Of a DNA stretch of 21,329 nucleotides, positions 15,951-21,329 are shown in pieces. This DNA comes from Chthonomonadales bacterium (GTDB lineage: Bacteria > Armatimonadota > Chthonomonadetes > Chthonomonadales > Chthonomonadaceae): NCBI GenBank assembly GCA_038217285.1, contig JBBQPO010000079.1, positions 1 through 21,329 of the forward strand. The letters are read 5' to 3'. Numbering within the stretch: the first letter of the stretch is position 1; each line of letters begins with the position of its first letter. The translations under genes and the position numbers were made by a program. Below the pieces are notes generated by a model. The model saw only the letters and a list, made by a program, of their open reading frames with translations. It was not told the DNA's origin and did not search any database.

Positions 15951-17453
15951 ATGAGCTTGGAGCTGTTTGCCGCTGTTCTCACGGGGGATAGTACAATGAC
16001 CGCCGACCTGCTATCTGCCGGTGCAGACCCGAATGTCCGCAGGGCCGCGCAGTGGAGTGGAGCGATGGAGATGGTAGCGGGGCACCCTGAGTTCGCTCCG
16101 CACCTTCTTCGCACGGAGTATAGCGATCCGAACCCACTCATCATCTGGACCTGGACGCCGCTTTTGCTCGCCTGCGCTCAGAGCTACTGGGAGATTGCCG
16201 GGAAACTGCTCGACGCCGGCGCGGATGCGGATATCTCCGATGAGAGGTCCCAGACACCGCTGCTGTTCGCCATTTGCGGAGCGCAGTCCGGGCTGGTGCG
16301 GCGACTGCTTGCGCGGGGCGCCACCCCCCACACCGCGACCGAAGAGGGCGTCACCCCCTTAATGACGGCTGCTGCGCTGGACACCGGCGACCAGCCCTAC
16401 GCATTCCTCGGGCTCCGCCGTATGGCATCCATCTACGGACCTGCTCCCACAGAACTCTGGGCGGACTATGCAGAGATCCTGAGGGTGCTCCTGGAGCATG
16501 GCGTCGACGTCAATGCCGCTACGAAGGAGGGGGACACCGCCCTGACCTTCGCGGCCTCCCAGGGATGGACCGACGGCGTCCGCCTGCTGCTGAATGCCGG
16601 GGGGAGGCTGAGCTGCGAAGGCCAGTTTACCGGCACGCCCCTCATGGCTTGCCTGCCGACCTACACCGAAACCGCACGCTTGCTCATCGAGAGCGGCGCG
16701 GACGTCAACGCCCTTGACCGCTGGGGCGGCAGCGTTCTCACGCACGCTATCGGCTACTGGCCGGAAGAACGCCTCCTTGCCTCCCGGTCTTCGCCCGGTC
16801 AGCCTATCGTCGAAAGGGCTCCTTTTCGGTTTTCGAACCCGCGCGACTTCATCCAGACGACCGAGGATGCGCCTGCGCAGGAAGATTTGACTGCACTCAC
16901 CCTGCTGCTTGAAGCTGGGGCTGATCCGAATCAGGCCTGTGGGAAAGAGTTCGGAACGCCCCTGAATACTGCGGCCACGCAGGATGCTGTCGACTCGATT
17001 CACCGTCTCGTGGAGTACGGCGCGGACGTCAACGGTCGTGATTCTCACGGCCGCACGCCTCTGATGGTCGCTGCATGGCAAGGCCGCCCACGTGCCGTTC
17101 AGGCACTGCTGGAATGCGGTGCAGACTACACGCTCCGCAGCCATGGCGGCAATACCGCGCTTATGGCAGTATCTGTTCCAGGCCAGCAGGAGCGCATGCT
17201 CCGGAAGCTCGATTCCATGCCGACCGCGCTGCAGTCCGATCCGCAGATGGAGGAAAGCTTTCAGCGCCTTGCTGAGTTGAAAGAGAAGCTCGGAGAGCAC
17301 GGTGATAAGATCCCGGACATCGATCAGATGCGACGGTTCCCCGCCGACATCCGCGAGGGAATGCGCGCCTCGTTAGAGTATGAGGTGGCGAAACAAGCCC
17401 GCAACCGTGAGAAAGTTGTCAAAATCTTGAAAGGAGCAGGCGCGACTGAATAG
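15951..17453 (+). CDS. Ankyrin repeat protein
   Basis: Many TPL..A......+..LL..GAD.N repeats (e.g. GDTALTFAASQGWTDGVRLLLNAG, GRTPLMVAAWQGRPRAVQALLECGAD); AGGAGG RBS. Confidence 0.93.
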   Translation: MSLELFAAVLTGDSTMTADLLSAGADPNVRRAAQWSGAMEMVAGHPEFAPHLLRTEYSDPNPLIIWTWTPLLLACAQSYWEIAGKLLDAGADADISDERSQTPLLFAICGAQSGLVRRLLARGATPHTATEEGVTPLMTAAALDTGDQPYAFLGLRRMASIYGPAPTELWADYAEILRVLLEHGVDVNAATKEGDTALTFAASQGWTDGVRLLLNAGGRLSCEGQFTGTPLMACLPTYTETARLLIESGADVNALDRWGGSVLTHAIGYWPEERLLASRSSPGQPIVERAPFRFSNPRDFIQTTEDAPAQEDLTALTLLLEAGADPNQACGKEFGTPLNTAATQDAVDSIHRLVEYGADVNGRDSHGRTPLMVAAWQGRPRAVQALLECGADYTLRSHGGNTALMAVSVPGQQERMLRKLDSMPTALQSDPQMEESFQRLAELKEKLGEHGDKIPDIDQMRRFPADIREGMRASLEYEVAKQARNREKVVKILKGAGATE

Positions 17454-17468
17454 GTCGGCCGTGCTCTC

Positions 17469-17729
17469 CTAGTTCGTAGTCGGTGCATCGCGCACGATGC
17501 CAGCGAGGGCTATGGCCCGGTGCGCGGGGCTTGGAATGAGCTGCGCCATCTCGACCGCGCCTGCGAAATCGCCGACAGACAGGGCCGCGCTGCGCTCCGA
17601 ACGGCTCGTGAGTTTGCCGACGATCGCCTGCGACTCGCTCAAAACAGTTTCCCTGGTCGGCGGCGCGGCGAACGTCGCGCTGGGAAGCGTAAGCATGGCT
17701 ACAATAAGGAATCGGGCAGAAACAGACAT
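17469..17729 (-). CDS. Small secreted hypothetical protein, possibly truncated
   Basis: AAAGGAG RBS, signal peptide (MSVSARFLIVAMLTLPSATFA) and a helical repeat-like remainder. Confidence 0.55.
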   Translation of the reverse strand: MSVSARFLIVAMLTLPSATFAAPPTRETVLSESQAIVGKLTSRSERSAALSVGDFAGAVEMAQLIPSPAHRAIALAGIVRDAPTTN

Positions 17730-18045
17730 ACGAAAACTCCTTTCGACGCGACTTCAATTTGCCTCACAATCGACACCCACGATCCCCTGCATAACGACAC
17801 TCCGCTCTCCAAATCTCTGTCTGTCAGTATACCCGCGACGCGTTTTTTGCCCCTCCTAGAAGTCAGCCAGATGCTCTTTGAAGCGTTACGGAAGAGGAAT
17901 TCATACTAGGCCTTGTCGAAGTTAACGAGAACTTGGCAACAACACCGTGACATGTACGCCGCCCATTCCTCAAAGAGCTGGGTTTCGGTGTCGCTGGCGT
18001 CAACTATGACGTAGACGACCTAATGGCGCAAGCGGAGGCTCCAGC

Positions 18046-18669
18046 ATGAGGCGAGAAGAGCTTACGGAGCTTCATTATATTACGCCCCATTCAAATCTTT
18101 ACTCTGTTCTGCGTTATGGTATCCTCTCGAATCACTGGTCAAAAGTCGGCGAAGCACGTGGAAAGATTGAACCTGCTTCTGTCGCTATGGCAGAAGTACA
18201 AGATGTTAGAGAGGGGGTTCGTGTTCCTGGGGGACGCGAGCTACATCAATATGCGAATCTCTACTTTTGCGCTCGTAACCCGATGATGTTTAAGCGGCAT
18301 GAACGTCATTTGGAACTCTGCGTTCTGCGGATCGATATCGCCGTTCTGGACCTTAAAGGAGCCATCGTTACCGATATGAACGCCGCAAAGCGCATTCGTC
18401 GCTTCGCACCTGCGTCTGAAGGATTGGTTCATGTAAACCGTGAAATGGTTTTTGCGGAAGATTGGCGGCATCACGGCGACCCAATCGCGTATGACCGCCA
18501 CAAGGCCATCAAGTGTGCTGAGGTACTGATACCAGACACAGTTCCGTCCGCGTACATAATCGGAGCTTACGTTTCCTGTCCTGCCGCTGCCGAGAGAGTG
18601 AATGAGATAGCTCCTCAGCTTACTGTTACGATTAACGGTAACCTGTTCTTTTACGAGGAACCACGATGA
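18046..18669 (+). CDS. darT: DarT ssDNA ADP-ribosyltransferase toxin (DUF4433)
   Basis: LHYITPHSNL..+L..GILS, YANLYF.ARNPMMF, TDMNAA and catalytic KCAEVLIP. ATGA overlap with the downstream macrodomain gene; GGAGG RBS. Confidence 0.9.
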   Translation: MRREELTELHYITPHSNLYSVLRYGILSNHWSKVGEARGKIEPASVAMAEVQDVREGVRVPGGRELHQYANLYFCARNPMMFKRHERHLELCVLRIDIAVLDLKGAIVTDMNAAKRIRRFAPASEGLVHVNREMVFAEDWRHHGDPIAYDRHKAIKCAEVLIPDTVPSAYIIGAYVSCPAAAERVNEIAPQLTVTINGNLFFYEEPR

Positions 18670-19793
18670 TTCGCGTGATGATAAGCGATATGTTTGAATC
18701 TGACGCGCAGACCCTGGTGAATACGGTTAACTGCGTCGGCATCATGGGCAAAGGAATAGCGCTTGAATTTAAGAGCCGCTTTCCTGAAATGTACGAAGAT
18801 TACGTGAAGTTGTGCAAGGCAGGCGAGGTAAACCTTGGAAAACCTTATCTTTATCGTTCGCTGTTGCCGCCATGGGTCTTAAACTTTCCGACAAAAGGCC
18901 ATTGGAGAGCCGTTTCAAAACTCTCGGACATCATTGCCGGACTGGAATACCTCGAACAACATTACAAGGAATGGGGTATCACCTCACTCGCATGTCCGGC
19001 GCTTGGCTGTAGCAACGGACAGTTGGAATGGCGCGTTGTTGGCCCAACCTTGTACCAGCATTTAAGCCGTCTGGACATTCCCGTAGAGCTCTATGCGCCC
19101 TTCGGTACGCCTCAAGAGCAGATGACCATGGATTTCCTGGCCCAAGAGGTAGATTTGAGCGCGGCGACTCGGAGTTCCGCCGAGGCTGAGCGTATTCCCC
19201 CGGCATGGGTCGCATTGACAGAGATTCTGGCACGGGTCGTGCGAGAGCGGTATCACTGGCCTGTCGGCAGAACGACTTTCCAGAAGATGGCTTACTTCGC
19301 TACCGAAGAGGGACTGCCAACGCGCCTGGAGTATCGTCGAGGCAGTTACGGGCCGTTTGCGGAAGGCCTCAAAGCGATGATTGCCCGTCTGGAAAATAAT
19401 GGGCTTTTGCAGGAGGAGCCGCTTGGCGAGATGTTCGCTGTGCAGCCTGGAGTAACTTACCAGGCGGCGACCGAAACCTATAAGGGCGACTTGCGGGAAT
19501 GGGAGCCACTGATTTCCAGGGTATCCGACCTGTTCCTGCGAATGAACACCCATCAGGCAGAGGTTGCTTCTACGGTGCATTTTGCAGCCAAGGAATTGGC
19601 ACAAAGATCGACTGAGGCTGTTACGGAGAAGGCCATTCTGGAGGCGGTCCAAGAGTGGAAGGAACGCCGCAGACCACCTCTCGAAGAGATCGAAATCGCC
19701 CAGGCCATTCGCGACTTGAATTTACTCGACTGGATACACGCCCAACCCAGCAACGATTTGCCTCTTCACGAACAAGATCTGCTGGAAGTCTGA
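18666..19793 (+). CDS. darG: DarG macrodomain antitoxin (DNA ADP-ribosylglycohydrolase)
   Basis: D+FES.AQTLVNTVNCVGIMGKGIALEFK, NFPTKGHW and PALGCSNGQLEW; C-terminal QKMAYF...YGPF domain. Confidence 0.93.
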   Translation: MIRVMISDMFESDAQTLVNTVNCVGIMGKGIALEFKSRFPEMYEDYVKLCKAGEVNLGKPYLYRSLLPPWVLNFPTKGHWRAVSKLSDIIAGLEYLEQHYKEWGITSLACPALGCSNGQLEWRVVGPTLYQHLSRLDIPVELYAPFGTPQEQMTMDFLAQEVDLSAATRSSAEAERIPPAWVALTEILARVVRERYHWPVGRTTFQKMAYFATEEGLPTRLEYRRGSYGPFAEGLKAMIARLENNGLLQEEPLGEMFAVQPGVTYQAATETYKGDLREWEPLISRVSDLFLRMNTHQAEVASTVHFAAKELAQRSTEAVTEKAILEAVQEWKERRRPPLEEIEIAQAIRDLNLLDWIHAQPSNDLPLHEQDLLEV

Positions 19794-20232
19794 TGCCTTT
19801 GCATTGGCCCAAGGGGACCGGATGTCGCGGCTGGCGGTGCATTAGCCGTATCACCTCAACAAGTCGAGGTGACCTTTTCACGTTCCCTGCCGTCAAGTGC
19901 AACGACTGTTGGCGGAGTTGAAAACCGAACAAAGAATTCAAAATCTAGGTCGGACAAACGCTTCACGGTGACACTCCGGTTCTGAAAGGCAGGGGGATTG
20001 CACCGAATTAACCTTTTAGTGCAATCGTGGTGCAATAACGGTGCAATCTTTGAGGGCTCTCATAAACTTCGATTAAAGGCCGGGCGAACTCTTCCCCATG
20101 AATCATAATCCAAAATGCCCCTAAATGGCGATGCGTGCCCAACGGAAACGTGGGCCAAGACGCGCTTGCGGGACACCCCAGCCTCGATTTGAAATTGGAA
20201 ACAGTTGCAGAACGGAGAGATGTGCCGCGAAT

Positions 20233-21056
20233 ATGGATATGAAACTCCTGAGTGAAAGGGACATCTGCACGAAGTTCATCACGCCTGCTGTCAAGCAAGC
20301 GGGTTGGGATGAGATGACTCAGGTTCGCGAAGAGGTGAGCTTTACCAAGGGACGTATCATCGTGCGAGGCAAACTGGTTACGCGGGGAAAGAGCAAACGT
20401 GCCGACTATGTGCTCTACTACCGGCCGAACGTCCCGCTCGCCCTGATTGAGGCGAAAGACAACAAGCATAGCGTGGGAGACGGGATGCAGCAGGGCCTCG
20501 AATATGCCGAAACGCTGGATATTCCTTTTGTCTTCTCGTCAAACGGGGAAGGCTTTGTGTTCCATGATCGCACCGGCACAAGCGAAGAGTTAGAGGCGTC
20601 GCTTCCTCTGCATGAATTTCCCTCACCGGAGGCGCTCTGGGCAAAATATCGCGCCTGGAAAGGGCTAACACCGGACGAAGAGGAGGTCGTCCTTCAGGAC
20701 TACTACGATGATGGAAGCGGCAAGGCTCCGCGCTACTATCAGGTCAACGCGATCAACGCGACGATAGAAGCCATTGCAAAGGGACAGAATCGCATTTTGC
20801 TGGTAATGGCGACAGGCACAGGCAAGACTTATACTGCCTTTCAGATCATCTGGCGCTTGTGGAAGGCAGGGCGCAAGAAGCGCATTCTCTTTCTTGCGGA
20901 TCGGAATGTGCTTATCGATCAGACGATGGTGAACGACTTCCGGCCTTTTGGCCCGGCGATGGCGAAACTCAGCACAGAGGCCAAAACCATCCAGCGTGCG
21001 GATGGAACCGAAATTGAACTCCCGCTTGCCCTCGATAAGAAGCGGAAGATCGACAC
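20233..21056 (+). pseudogene. hsdR: Type I restriction enzyme R subunit (EcoEI/EcoAI-like), truncated
   Basis: [31 protein letters not shown] nuclease motif, PRYYQ.NAIN, Walker A MATGTGKT and FLADRN.L.DQ. Similarity stops near RKIDT, after about 275 aa, and a stop follows at 21123. Confidence 0.88.
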
Positions 21057-21116
21057 TATGGCGATCAAAGTGGGCCAAAACCGAGTATCGAAATGGGCCA
21101 AGTTGGATTGTCAAAA
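21057..21116. mobile_element. IS-end-like remnant (IS21-family style repeated transposase-binding motifs)
   Basis: ATCAAAGTGGGCCAA (21064-21078) and ATCGAAATGGGCCAA (21087-21101) form a 23-bp-period direct repeat exactly where hsdR breaks off. Confidence 0.5.
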
Positions 21117-21329
21117 TCTATGACTGCCTTTTAGAAGAGTTTGAGGGCGTGATTGCGCCCTCACCCCATGCAGCAGCGGACCATCAGACTGCTCTGGACT
21201 ACCTGCCCAAAGGGACACAGGAACGGCGCCCGCCACAGGAAACAGAAAGCGTAGAAGGACCGGCGGCTTGCTTTCGGGCGAGCAGAAACAGTCACGGCAC
21301 CATCGCACCAGAAACGGACACGTCGGAAC

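Noticed and set aside
19794-19920. Possible integron attC site after darG
   Set aside because: Short hairpins are present (TCACCTC/GAGGTGA), but there is no matching RYYYAAC...GTTRRRY pair and no integrase.

Overview
A GC-rich bacterial chromosomal window. The gene content is suggestive of Armatimonadota or a similar soil lineage, but this is inference only. From left to right it holds: a RES-toxin/Xre-MbcA-type antitoxin operon whose antitoxin carries an unusual N-terminal receiver-like domain; a stand-alone trpB; a secreted single-CxxCH protein; an orphan Anbu proteasome-type protease; a GT4 glycosyltransferase plus polysaccharide deacetylase; a protein with three ~63-aa W...GSW...AGL repeats; gyrA with a perfect sigma70 promoter; two membrane proteins; two decayed or frameshifted genes; a minus-strand tRNA cluster (Ala-TGC, His-GTG, atypical Tyr-GTA); an ankyrin protein; and a lower-GC defence island (darT-darG and a type I hsdR truncated at an IS-end-like repeat). 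The most striking unexplained structure is upstream of the tRNAs. A 54-codon leader ORF missing from the ORF track is Ala-rich and has a His/Tyr cluster (HPVHYCYH) matching the downstream tRNAs. It is followed by a terminator with a possible antiterminator, which makes it a candidate translation-coupled attenuator controlling a back-up tRNA operon. All calls come from reading the sequence by eye; no searches were run.
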